64,000 nt of DNA from the IMG/VR virus record IMGVR_UViG_3300021399_000102, positions 96,001 to 160,000 of that record. One strand, written 5' to 3'. The DNA comes from a virus (Duplodnaviria > Caudoviricetes). Made by a program: the position numbers and the translations under genes. Positions 18,646-30,295 of this stretch are shown here, one piece after another. The notes beneath the pieces were generated by a model, which saw nothing but the letters and a program-made list of their open reading frames with translations, did not search any database and was not told where the DNA came from. Position 1 is the stretch's first letter, and each line of letters opens with the position of its first letter.

Positions 18646-18724
18646 TGGCTGATCCATCCCCTTCACCACGAGGAACCCGGCGGGTTAGGGCCGCCTGTGC
18701 TTTTAGGTATTACACCATGGATCA
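18646..18724 (-). tRNA. Amber-decoding tRNA(CUA), probably Gln, with non-canonical D/T loops
   Basis: TGATCCA TG GTGT AATACCTAAAA GCAC A GGCGG CCCTAAC CCGCC GGGT TCCTC GTGGTGAA GGGGA TGGATCA G CCA: four stems, CTA anticodon (18688-18686), G73, encoded CCA. Confidence 0.85.
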
Positions 18725-18774
18725 ATTGAAACTGTCTCGTTTCTCATCACATTCAATTATACGAAATCTCGGCA

Positions 18775-21700
18775 TCAAGAGTCGCCCAAATCGACAGCAT
18801 CACTGTCTTGCATCATCACTGGTTGTGTCGCGTTTCCTCCTGGTGCATTCTCAATCGCCAACACGCTGCCAACGGGTATCTTGTTGACTTCCTCTATGTA
18901 CTCTTGGAGATTTCCATGCAAGCCAATTGCAGTCTCCTTGATTTCACTAAACGTCTTCTCTGAAATCTTGTCTCCTCTTATGAGTGCAAGCTTCAGTTCG
19001 CGCTCTTCCCTTGGCAAGTTTGCAATCTTGTTCTCGGCCTCTTGCTTGAGGTTCTTCACTTCGTCGCCCAATGACTTCAACTCCTTGTCCGTAACAGATC
19101 CTGGGTCGTTTATCATCTTCTCCAATATGGCTTCGTAGTTCTGCTCCTGCTTTCTGATGGCTTCCATAGCCTTTATCTTTGCGTTGGCGATAGCCAATGC
19201 TTCCTTGCGCTTTGCCTCCTCCTTGAGCTTCTTCTCGCGTTCTTCCTTTTCCTTCGCTTCTTTCTCTGCCTTGCGCTTGGCTTCCTCTGCCTCTTGCTTC
19301 CTCTTTTCCTCCTCAATCTCAGTCATCGTCTTCGGAGGTGGTTCAAGCACCTTGGTCTGAACGTCGCCAGCCTTCTTGACAATCTTGTTCCCTGAGGATT
19401 GCGCATCAAGTCTGGCTTGCTTCTCCTTCTCCAACCTGTCCCAGAATTGCTTTAGTTGCTTGAGGTAGGTGTAGTCCCCTGAGAATCTGGCCTCGAACTC
19501 GGCCTTCTGCATCAGCTTCTTGAGGTCGTTGATGGAACTTTCGAGTTGGACGTCAGACATGCTTCCAATCTTCCCCCAAATGCCCTGCCAAGACTTCAGA
19601 ATCTTGTCCTTGCCCTTGGCGTCAGGGATACCCATCTGCTCCCTGTAGGAATCAAGCTTCCACTTCTGCCAGAAATGTGCGTTGGAATAGTCTATGACCT
19701 TTATCTTCATGTTGGGGAATCGGAGATGCTTGTACATGAAGGCGAAGATTCCCTTTTGGGACATCAAGGTGTTGAGCTTGACGACACCCTTCAGCAATTT
19801 GGCGTTGGTGTCTTCGGTCTTGTATGTGATTTCGTCAGAAAGAAGTTTCTCAACTATGTTCCATTGTGGGAGTACCTTGTACTTGAGGTATTCGAGGAAC
19901 ACCTGAGCGAAGCCAGCTTGGGTTGGCTCGTCACCCATCACTTGCTTCCAATCATAGCCAGATATGCTGGCCATGTTGAAGAACCAGCTCATCAAGTCGT
20001 GGATTCTGTTCGCCTTTTCAACCTTTGTTCCCTTTGGCAATATCCCTTTTCCAATAAGGAAGTCAATCAATGGGATTGCTGCCCCGACAGTTCCCATTAT
20101 CTGACCATTGGCAAACAAGTCCAACGCGCCAGAATCAAGCCAGAAGTCACGGACGTCTCCATATGTGACTCCTGCCGCCTTTGTTCCCCTCCATTCAGCA
20201 ATCGTGGCGAGAGCTTGCGCTTTTCTCTTCTGTCTATTGGCAAACCTCTTTGTGCGTTCCCACCAACCAAGGTTCTTGCCGTCAGAGAGTTCTCCATTTA
20301 CGTCATCTTTAGCCTTGTCGTAGTCGAGGATTCTCTTTGTGTTCTGAATCCCCTTCTTTGCAGCTTGGAATCCCTTTACAGTAAGGAACGCGGCGCCAAC
20401 TGCTGCTGCCCCCACGACTCCACCAACGGCTACACCTGCAAATGCTGCCGTCTTCCATTTCTATCCTGGGCTTAAGTCATCCCATTTCTCGGAAAGCCAA
20501 CCCTGAGATTGCCCCTTCGCAGTCTCCAAGTTGTTGTCCTTGCCTTGAATCTTACCGGCTCGGAGCTTCTTTAGGAACCTTACAAATCTGTCCTTGAACA
20601 GAACATCCTCTTCCTTTTCATATCCACCAATCTTGTGGCTCACCAAAGCGCTGTTCCATTCTGTCCAATATTTTGCCAATTCCTTCGTGTCTATGGCAAG
20701 AGGCTTTCCTGACCATATTGAATACCCATCCCATCCCTTTAGATATCTGTTGTATATTTCACGTATTGCTTTCGCCCTTGCCAATTCATAGAGAATTGGA
20801 TGCACAGAAATCTTTGCCCCATCTTGCATCCATGTGAATGGCATGAATCCTATGGAATCGGCTTCGGCGTCTGCTGGCTTGCCGAAATACACGTCTGCTG
20901 TCTTGTGCAACGCCTCAAAAGGCTTCAATGGGATGATGGAGCGCAAATCAGATGCCATCACCCTATATCCCCTGTTCCATCCTGTATTTGGATCGTACAA
21001 TGGACCTTTTACGTTCTTGAAGCGTTGGGACTTCGACAACTGAAGGATATATGAATCCAATGTCCTTATCTGAGGGACAATGGCGTCTGCCAAATTCTGT
21101 CTGATCTTTTCAGCCTTCTTGTGCATCGCCTCAATCAGCTATGGAGATGCATTCCCCTGCATTCGGGCAATTTGGATGTATTTAAGTTCGTCTGTGAACT
21201 TTTGGGAGGCGTTGTGAATCGTAACAAGAAGGTCGCCAGAATTTTTGGACTTGAGCCTCTTTTCGACATCTTCCTCTGCTGCATCCTTGCTCTTGTCCAT
21301 CTTGTCCTTTTGCATTTTCTCAGCATTGGCGAAGTTCTTGTTTGTGTGGACAGGGACATGGCGCATTATGGCACCCTTCGTGGGCATCTTGCCTCCAGCT
21401 CTGCTTGACGTCTGAAGTCCCTCTATTGCGTTCAATTGACCCTTGAATGGCTTTACTCCCTTGGCATTGGAGAGCAACATCCCCTTGAATTGGGCAACCT
21501 TGCTCTTTCCACTGGCCATTTGGTCCGCAGCCATGTTCTATGCTTGCTTTTCTACTGATGCCCTCTTGCCAGACCACAACGCCATCACCTGGTTCATTAT
21601 GAACGTGAATATCGCAGGGACGAACTTGGATATGAATATCAAGGTGGAGCCAGCACCAGGGAGAAACAGATTGAGGATGAATCCAATCGCAGCAACAATC

Positions 21701-23871
21701 GCGCCAGCCGCCTTCTTCGTGTGTCCTATGATGATTGAGGCAAATATTCGTATCAGATTGTATTTGGTCGTTATCAAGTCCTTGAAGATGCCCTTCTTGC
21801 CAAAGAGCTTATTCTTCATGTCGCCAAAGAAGAACTTTAACCTGTCCCAATAGTTGGGAAGTCCAACTGTTATGAAGTTCCATATGCCAAGGCCAATGGC
21901 TTTCAACGTGTCCCATCCAGGGATTGGAATTCCGAATATGGAGAACTTAGAACCATCAGATTTTGGCATGTAGGTGGCGCACCATTTTCTGAGAGCCAAT
22001 CTGGCGAGGGTGATGAGAATGAGACCACCTATGATGGTGAATGCAATTGGGGCGATTCCACCCATGAGCAATCCAAGAAGTCCTGGTCCCTTTGGCTTCT
22101 TCTTGAGATCCTTTATGCCTTTCTTGGTTGCATCCAAGTCCTTGGATATGGTGGCTTCAGAATTGTCAATCTTCTTCATCTGCTTTTGCAGACCACCCTG
22201 AATCTTCGTGAAGTTCATCGTGAAGCCATTCTTGAACTTCTTGTTGTTCAATTGTTGTTGAACATTCTGATGCACCTTTCCAAGCGCATTGAGGACTCCA
22301 TTTTTGGTAATCTTGCTTCCACCCTCGCCATCTTCAGAAGATGGTTGTGGAGCTGGAAGTTGAGCTTTCTATGGACTTACATGTGGTACACCAGGTAGAT
22401 GTAAATATCCGCAAATTGGGCAAGGATGTTCCCCATTTTTGGACGGCTTCACATTGAGTTTCGTGTCTTTGGGCTTCTGTGGTGGTTGAAGCTTTGTCTC
22501 ACCGGCCTTCTTCGCTTCCTCTCCTGCCTTGGAAACCTTCGGAACCAATGGACTCAATTCATCCTTCGGTGGTTGTTCCTCCTTTGGATTCTTCTTTGCG
22601 TCAAGATTATCTGTGTCCTTTAGGGTTATCCTCTCCTGATCTTGCTACTTCATCTTCTGAGCAAGGTCTTGTTGAAGCTTGGACTTGTCAAATCCAACTT
22701 CGGGATTGGATATTTTAGTGTCTGCCTTCTATGTAAGGGCGTCAGATTTGTCTGTGTCTTTGTTGTACGCTTCCTCAACCTTCGCCATTGGGCGAATCAA
22801 TGGTGCGGGGATTGGGGTCTTTATCTTTCCATCAAGGATGTTCTTGGCGTATATCGTTCGGAGATATTTTTCCTTTTCCTTTGGATCTTGTATCTCCTGA
22901 AGTGCCTTTGCTTGCTCTGGGGTTATGTTTGGGATAGGAACCTTTGGCGCACCTTCCATTGCAAGAACTTTTCTCCCAAGCTCGTTCTTGGAGGTGTCTA
23001 TCGCAGAGGTTCCTTGTCCAGAAGCCTTTGGTTGTTGGGCTTCCTTCCAAGACTTCTCCTTCGCCTTGAGTTCCTCAACTGCCTTCAACTGCCCCTTTAC
23101 GCCAGCAACGAGCTTGTCCCAATTGATTTTTCTCTGCTCCTTTGCCGCGTCAGTTAGGTTCTTGTCCTCCATCAAGGTTTGGGCGAGAATGTTCTTGCTT
23201 GCATTGCCAGTTGCTTGGTTGAACTTCTCCATCAACTTGGAAAGTTCATTGAGGTGTTCGTCCTTCCATTTCGTCTCGTCTTCTGCAACTTGCCCAAGTG
23301 TCTCTGATATCTCAGTTGTTTGCTGCGAAGATTCTGCCTTCAGATTGTCCAAGTCCTCTTGCTGTCCAGCCAAGGACTTCGCATACTCCAACCTGCGTCT
23401 CTCGTATTCCCTGGAGAGATTCAACTTGACTTGCAATATTGAAGTTTGCAATTCGTCTATGAAGTCAAGCACAACCTGCATTGGGTCGCAGGTCTCTGGG
23501 TCGAGGGTCTTTGTGACAACCTTCTTGGTTGTTTCTGAGACCAATGCCTCATCCACCTTGTCTGGCTCTATTCCCTCTTGCTTGCTCTTGATTACCTCAA
23601 TGAGCTTGTCAACGGCATCCGTATCTTGGACGATTTCAAGAAAGTCGTCGTTCAAGGAACGATATACTGTACGCAACAAGGTCTCTGAATTAGCACCTTG
23701 CTTCAACAACGCCCCATTTGTGAATGCGTCGAAGAGCTTGGTCATGTTGGCATAGATTTCCTCCATGTTCTTTGTCTTGGATACGTTCTCTACGCTTCCG
23801 ACAAAGGACTTGAAGTTCTCTGTGGCCGAATTAAAGACCTTTTGGTTGTCTATTGTGCTTGATTGTGCCAT
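18775..23871 (-). CDS. Tape-measure-like virion protein, 1698 aa (6 in-frame TAG)
   Basis: Six track ORFs in one frame separated only by TAG (22729, 22645, 22369, 21538, 21139, 20461); coiled-coil and TM segments. Confidence 0.75.
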
Positions 23872-23991
23872 TATGTCACATTTCCATCGTTATCGGTATT
23901 TACCATTTTTGTGATTGGTTTGCAACTGACATATAGCATAACGGTGGTCAATTGCTTGGCCACCGTGTGTTCCTTTTTGTTCTGCTTTATG

Positions 23992-24630
23992 TTATGGAAG
24001 TGTAGTTGCTCCTGGATGCATGGAATCAAGAGATACCCAATTCTCCCCGAAATTGTCGTCGTCAGAATCCTCGTATGGCTCGTCAGCCCTTGGGTCAAGT
24101 GATATTGTCTTGAATGTGCTTGGATCGTAGTGTAACCTGTTGCAAATTGCCTCGATTCTGTTCTGACCAAGTTCCTCGTGTTGGAACCTCTGCGCCTCAT
24201 CTATGTTGTCTGTGAGGACAAGCTCCTTTCCATCCATCGTGGAGACGTAGCCGTGCATGTCGAGGTCGTCGTCATCCATGCGTATCACGATTTCCTCGGA
24301 AATGTCAGCTTCTTCATCGCTTTCGTTCTTAACCTTGTCGTTGTTGAGAGTGGCATCCAAAGCTCCATCAAGTTCCTTGTCATCCTTGAGATTGTCAATG
24401 GCTTTTTGATCTACACCCTTGTCAAGTAGAATGTCCTGCTTTTGCTCTGGCGTCAGAGAATCCTTTGAGATTTCAATGGTATTTTCGTCATCTTCCTTCA
24501 CTATGTCGGTCTTGTCGTCCTTTACGAGCTTGTTGTTGGCGTTTAGCTCTATATTGACAACGCCCTTTTCCATCAATTCCTTGTCAAGGTTCTCGTTAAT
24601 CTGAATCAGTTTATCATAATACTTTCCCAT
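23992..24630 (-). CDS. Acidic hypothetical late protein
   Basis: ORF track; GTAAATA motif upstream. Confidence 0.6.
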   Translation of the reverse strand: MGKYYDKLIQINENLDKELMEKGVVNIELNANNKLVKDDKTDIVKEDDENTIEISKDSLTPEQKQDILLDKGVDQKAIDNLKDDKELDGALDATLNNDKVKNESDEEADISEEIVIRMDDDDLDMHGYVSTMDGKELVLTDNIDEAQRFQHEELGQNRIEAICNRLHYDPSTFKTISLDPRADEPYEDSDDDNFGENWVSLDSMHPGATTLP

Positions 24631-24669
24631 GTCATAACCTCTGTTGGTTTGGTTCTATTTACAATCATT

Positions 24670-25788
24670 TCAGCGAAATGGTCTCATTGCGTCGGCCACC
24701 ACCTTGAACAATTTGTTTCTTGTATCTGAATCCTGAAAGTCCATCAATCCTCTTGCCATCTTGTAGAACTCCCTATCGGTCATCATTTGGAGCAAGAAGT
24801 CAGTGGCATCCACGTTGTGCAAGGTGCAGTCAAGTTCAAACGACTCGAACACCCCATCTGCTGTCTTCATCCATTCATCCACCATCAAAGTGGAAAGGTC
24901 TTTCTTCTCCAATTTCTCGAAGTTCTCGTTCCAATTCTTCTCAATTTTCTCTTGACTGAACAACTTGTATGTTCCACCAGTAGGGGATAGTTTGTCCAGT
25001 TCTTGGCAGAGTTGATTCCAAGCCATCATCTTCACCCTGTTGGTGTATATCCCCTTCTCGTCAGCAAGTATGTGCTTTATGAGCAATTGGGGTGGGTTCA
25101 ATTCATGTCCAGGTTTCCAGGTTCCGCGCAAGTTGAAGCCCATCTTGTTGAACTTTGACAGGAACTCAAAGTATTTGGAGAGGTTTCCAACAAGCACGAT
25201 ATGCTCTGCCTCTGACAATTCTTGGAAGAACTTTGGGTGCAAGAACTCCGGCAAGAACAAGGAATAGCTGAAGTCAATCTTGCTCTTGTCCTTTGTCTCT
25301 AGAAACTCTTGAATCTTGTTCAGAAGCATTTGCCTTGGGAGCAGTCCTCTTTGGAGTACTGTCAAGTCTGCGTCCTTCATGTTGTTTCCAAGCATGGTCA
25401 ATGGATTGTGAAGGGGATCTCCACCAAGAAAGCCAGTTTCAAGCAAGAACCTCTTGTAGTCGATGATAAGTTCCTTGTTGCTTGAAGATTCCATCTGATA
25501 GTTGAAGTACATTCTGGTGATTCTTGGCATTCCTGGGATGCAAGCGAACAATCTGTGCCTGAATGGAATGCTGAACTTGTCCAATACGTCAAGCTTGAAC
25601 ATCCAATATGAACAAAGGGACATTCTCACTGCGTCAAAGAGAATGTTGTCGTCAGCGAGAGAACAGTTCAATTCGACCACAGCAGGTGTGGTCGCTGGAG
25701 ACATAATCAAGTCATCCAAGTTCAAGGGACATTGAATGTAGTCCTTTGGATTTGGTGGAGCAATGTTCTTCTTCTTTCCTGGCATCAT
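24670..25788 (-). CDS. Hypothetical protein
   Basis: Long ORF, start trimmed to MMPGKKK. Confidence 0.65.
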   Translation of the reverse strand: MMPGKKKNIAPPNPKDYIQCPLNLDDLIMSPATTPAVVELNCSLADDNILFDAVRMSLCSYWMFKLDVLDKFSIPFRHRLFACIPGMPRITRMYFNYQMESSSNKELIIDYKRFLLETGFLGGDPLHNPLTMLGNNMKDADLTVLQRGLLPRQMLLNKIQEFLETKDKSKIDFSYSLFLPEFLHPKFFQELSEAEHIVLVGNLSKYFEFLSKFNKMGFNLRGTWKPGHELNPPQLLIKHILADEKGIYTNRVKMMAWNQLCQELDKLSPTGGTYKLFSQEKIEKNWNENFEKLEKKDLSTLMVDEWMKTADGVFESFELDCTLHNVDATDFLLQMMTDREFYKMARGLMDFQDSDTRNKLFKVVADAMRPFR

Positions 25789-25841
25789 ATGAAGTATACA
25801 ACTTGCGCCAAAAATGGTAAATACAGTTGATGGATACTGAA

Positions 25842-28463
25842 ATGACAACAAGAGGCGAGACTGGAGCGCAAATTGGCGGCCAGATGGGCGCACAAGCTGG
25901 TGGTTCTGCTGGCGCTGCGATTGGTTCTGCCTATGGCGGCCCCATTGGAGGAATGATTGGCCAGTACATTGGCGAGAAAGTGGGAGAACAAGTTGGCTCT
26001 GCTGTTGGAGACTATGCTGAAGATACTGCCACTGACATGGCGAAGGACATGTTGAACAGCGAAGAACCACAGAAGAAGAAAGGTGGTGGATGTGGCGGTG
26101 GAGCTGGAAAAGGCGACTCAAGTTCTGACAGTGCAGAATATCCATCTGGGGGAGATCCAGAGAAAGACTTGGGCGACGTTGGCATGGACGATGTTGATGA
26201 TTCTGTCAACAGGATGTGCAAGAAGGTCTTTACAGTATATAGGGCAATTCCAAAATTCGCCTCCTGCCCAACTGCATATCGAGACAACGTTTCCGATCAA
26301 TTCACGCCACAAGACGACTTGCTTACGATGGAGAAGACCGTAAGGGACTTCTTGAAGCTTGAAGGGAAGATATACGATCCTCAAACAACCAATCCAAGGT
26401 TCTTCGCCCCAGAGGGATGGGTGCAACACTACGAGAAGGACAAGAACGTGGTGCTTGCTGCCCTTGACCAATACAAGGCGAACATCCTCAGGATGGAACA
26501 CCTCTACACATTGGTGGACAAGAACTCATACGACAAGTTGAAGTCCATTCCAAACCAAGATTGCAAGGAGAAGTTTCAGACCAACATAATGTGGACGTCC
26601 AGAAGCTTGAAGGATTGGGCGAACAATTGGTTCATCAATCGGATTCCATATTCTTTCACCAAACTCTACTTTCAGGACTATTGGGTTCCTGGTCTCACAG
26701 GACAAATGGTGGAATGGATGAAGCTCGGTACGTATGTTGAGTATGGTGGCGTAAGGGCAATCTCAAACGAAACTTCCATAAGGTTGGTGGATAGGCTTGA
26801 AGCTGTGATTGACAGGTTGATGAACAAGGCAGCAGTGGAGCAAACGATTTCCCAATACGTCAATATCAAGGAGCAAATAGAGGCTACGGCAAAGCAGAAG
26901 GAGGAAAAGATTTTCACCTCCAGGATAATAGACTCCCAGATGGGCAAGAAATTGGGGGTGACAGATACAGGAGTGGAGAACCAAAAGATTGAGGGTACGA
27001 CATACATTGCTCCAAAGGAGGATTAGGTGGAGCAATTCAATCTGATATGCAAATTGAGTTGCGTCAAGAACCTCTTCAAGACGTTTCGGGAGAAGTCCCT
27101 TGAAGCAATGAAGGGATGCAGATGCGTTGCTCCTTCTGGTCCTGGTCCATTTCCCCTCATTTGGTGCAACATAGATGTTCTCGCGGCAAAGGTATATTGT
27201 GCTCTGGGCGTGTTGAACGAACTCATAGAAGACAAGAAAACCGACCATGAGAATCTTGGATGGCATTGCTCAGTGACACACGCCCCATTGTGTCCGAAGC
27301 AACTCAAAATGCACATAACAGCATTCAAGTGCGTGATACGTTAGGGTGTCATAGACGTTATGGTAAATCAAGCGTTGTTGCCAAAGAAAGGCAAGAACAT
27401 CTTGGATTCCATGTTCAACCAACTTTGGGAATATGGAGAGAAGGGACCGACGATTGAGCTTCCAAGTTGGTGTCAAATGGCGATTGACAGTGTCAATGCC
27501 TTTGAGGATTCCTTGTTGGATGCTTGGACTGAGGTATATGACTGCTGGGAGCGCGAATTCTTGACCAGACTTTGGTGGATACAAGTTGAACACCATGGTG
27601 GGGGAACAGATGGAATCATAAATTGCAAGAACAATTGGTTGAGGTTGCAAGAAGTTCCGGTTACCACAGAACATGACCATACGCACGTAATACCAAGTCA
27701 AACCATTATGGATCCTGGCCCAATCGTCATTGAAACTGAAGCACCAACAGAATAGGTTGTGATAAACCAATATGTTGAGTCAGAGACAGCGGCAAGTACA
27801 GGATACGATTCTTACAACTTCGACACTTGTGCATTGAAGGGGCATTTCGTTTGTCCCGGACATCTTACCAAATTGCTCAAGCCATTATGCGTCTGCTACA
27901 AGGTGCATAACATAGAGTATTTGGCTTGCAACTACCGTGCATTTGTGAAGGAACTTTGTCAGTGGATGGTTGCTGCGATAGAAGCGGTTGGAATCAAGCA
28001 AGCTGCAATCTCTGCGGTCATGGCTGACCCAACTCTCAATGGAAATTGTGGCAACGCTGGATGCCAAGGGCCGCTTGGGAAGATAAACGAGCTGAGGGAG
28101 AAGAACCACAAGCTTCTTGAAAAGGTTGAACACGCCTACGGCATATATTATGATGTCAATAACATGAAGAACAAGAAGGAATACGATGAAGAGATAGCCT
28201 TGCACGAACTCCAGCCAAACAAGTATTCCAACGAGGACATGCTGAACATGTCGTCAAGTCTCCAATCCGAATCCAACGAGTCTGGGCTTGACGCCGATCT
28301 TTGCCAAGGTGGTATAGACATCCCCGAGTTGAAGCCGTGGAACCACCTCAGCTTGTCGGAGAACAAGGTGAAGCCAGAATGCTTGCCATCCAAGTGCGCC
28401 TGCAACAAGTTTGACAAGCTCATCAAGAGCATTGCCAATTTCGAGACTTGGTTCTCCAAATGA
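25842..28463 (+). CDS. 873-aa late protein with N-terminal glycine zipper and Cys-rich C-terminal half (3 in-frame TAG)
   Basis: Four ORFs in one frame joined through TAG at 27024, 27342, 27753; ends TGA. Confidence 0.75.
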
Positions 28464-28481
28464 TTTGGCTCAGGAAATGAT

Positions 28482-28505
28482 TGATTGTTCCATGTGGAAC
28501 AATCA
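28482..28505. terminator. Hairpin between convergent genes
   Basis: TGATTGTTCC-atgt-GGAACAATCA. Confidence 0.55.
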
Positions 28506-29027
28506 GCCAAATGTGGTGCTGAACACCCTCAACACCTCGCAGTTGAAGTGAATCTTCTCGTGGATGTTGATTGCGTTGTTGGCAACGTAGTCCTCAAGAT
28601 TGCGCTCCAACATCAAGTTGAAGTACATGTTGAGCCAATACGCAACAGCCTGGGAACGGGAACGTCCTGCCCAACAATGAATCTTGATGGTGGCGTTGTG
28701 GTCTTTCTTCCAAATGTCCATCACCCAGTTCATTATGTCAGACGCAATTTCCTTGGTGAAGAATATGGGCTGACGCTTCCCATCACCAAACTTTGCCTTG
28801 ATTATGGGATGCTCCATATCGTGATAGAAACGATATGGGTCTATGTCGTCAAAGTGGACAACCTTGGCGTTGATGTTGTTCCTCGCAATGCGCCTGTCAA
28901 GGGCAGCGTGCTTCTCATCTGTGTCATCGTGACCAGTATAGGAGTCCCGAATGGACAGAAGGTTGCACCCAGGACACTTCTCTGCGACCTTCAACACCTT
29001 GTTCAAGCTGTATACTTCAATCTTCAT
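28503..29027 (-). CDS. Protein-tyrosine/dual-specificity phosphatase-like protein
   Basis: HCWAGRSRS (CX5R) loop; HFDDI. Confidence 0.8.
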   Translation of the reverse strand: MKIEVYSLNKVLKVAEKCPGCNLLSIRDSYTGHDDTDEKHAALDRRIARNNINAKVVHFDDIDPYRFYHDMEHPIIKAKFGDGKRQPIFFTKEIASDIMNWVMDIWKKDHNATIKIHCWAGRSRSQAVAYWLNMYFNLMLERNLEDYVANNAINIHEKIHFNCEVLRVFSTTFG

Positions 29028-29409
29028 GTTTGTTATTTACTACTTCTTCTATTTCAGATATGGGAATGTCGTCCTTGTATATGAAGCTCCTGCCATATTC
29101 TCGTTTGGATACATGCCCATCATATTCAATCTTCGACTTGTTGAGGTTCTTTGTCTTTACCTTTAGAACAATATCCCCTTTCCAAACCAAGCCATTTGTA
29201 AGTTCAATGCTGTCAGCGAGAAACACGCCCCAATCTGACACTTCGTTTCCCATCACATCAAACTTCAACCTCTTGAACCTCCAATGAGATGCTGGTGTTC
29301 CTGAATGTCGAATCTTGCCATCATACTTGATTTGAGTATAGGCTTTCATCGTGGTTCTGTGATAGAGATATTCAGGAACATCAAACATACCCATATTATA
29401 GTGCATCAA
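29017..29409 (-). CDS. Possible ADP-ribosyltransferase-fold protein
   Basis: YLYHRT...I..DG.I, VFLADS, IVLKV, Y.DDIP pattern. Confidence 0.45.
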   Translation of the reverse strand: MMHYNMGMFDVPEYLYHRTTMKAYTQIKYDGKIRHSGTPASHWRFKRLKFDVMGNEVSDWGVFLADSIELTNGLVWKGDIVLKVKTKNLNKSKIEYDGHVSKREYGRSFIYKDDIPISEIEEVVNNKHED

Positions 29410-29431
29410 GGTCGGAAAGTCAATGACCCTT

Positions 29432-30295
29432 TCACAGCAGTTCCTTCAATTCCTTTGGGGACATGAACTCCTTTACAACGTCAGGGAGAACCCTTGCGAA
29501 GTTCCTGAAGTCGTAGAGATGGTTTGTGGCAGCATAGAGCAGAACCTTTCTGGGGTTTATCCTGGGGTTCATCAATTGGATGTCAAACCCAGGATCCACC
29601 ATCGTTGGGTTCTTTGCGAACCAACTATCGACAAGCCGTTTCTCTTCTGTGTAATGGATGACGACGAATTGATCAGAGTATTCGTCCTCCAACTTTGCAA
29701 GTTCTTCCTTTCCACGGCCGTTCCAAGCAATCACGTATTTCGTCTTTGGACGTTTGACCTTCCCCTCCCAACCAACGATGATTCTGCTGTCGGAGTTCTC
29801 CACCTCAGGATAGTTGAATCCATTTGACTTTACTATCTCAGCAAGTATCTCGCTTCCATCCGAATCGTCTGTTGATGGATATGACGCCTTTGGTGTCCAG
29901 TTAGCATTCAAGATCCATTCGTCAGCCAATTGTGGGTTCTCTGGCAAGGAATCGTGCATGTACAGAATGTTGCTTCCATCAACCTTGCTTGACAATGACC
30001 TTGCGAAGTCAATTGTATAGGGAAATCCATTTCTCGCCCCACAGTTGCAGATTCCAATTGACCGATATTCCTTCGCAAGTTTCAACCCAGCGTAGAAGCC
30101 CATCAAGCGCAAGGAACTGTACTCTGCATTGTGGTGATATTCAACAATGACGTTCCTCTTGGAGAAGAACATCTTGTTGAATTCATCCCAATCCACCGGG
30201 AATCCAACGTTGGGGTCGGAATCAGGAGGCATGCAATCCAGTTGCTTGCGCTTGTACTGAATCAACTTCTTGAGGTCGAACTTCTTGCCACTCAT
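29432..30295 (-). CDS. Hypothetical protein coupled to the sigma factor
   Basis: ATGA overlap. Confidence 0.6.
   Translation of the reverse strand: MSGKKFDLKKLIQYKRKQLDCMPPDSDPNVGFPVDWDEFNKMFFSKRNVIVEYHHNAEYSSLRLMGFYAGLKLAKEYRSIGICNCGARNGFPYTIDFARSLSSKVDGSNILYMHDSLPENPQLADEWILNANWTPKASYPSTDDSDGSEILAEIVKSNGFNYPEVENSDSRIIVGWEGKVKRPKTKYVIAWNGRGKEELAKLEDEYSDQFVVIHYTEEKRLVDSWFAKNPTMVDPGFDIQLMNPRINPRKVLLYAATNHLYDFRNFARVLPDVVKEFMSPKELKELL

Noticed and set aside
18646-18724. Pyrrolysine tRNA interpretation of the CUA tRNA
   Set aside because: It has a 5-bp anticodon stem and a long D-loop, unlike tRNA-Pyl; no pyl genes seen; TAG columns align with Gln.
18775-28463. Fragmented ORFs read as pseudogenes or separate genes
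   Set aside because: All breaks are in-frame TAG with no frameshifts, TAA or TGA; recoding explains them better.
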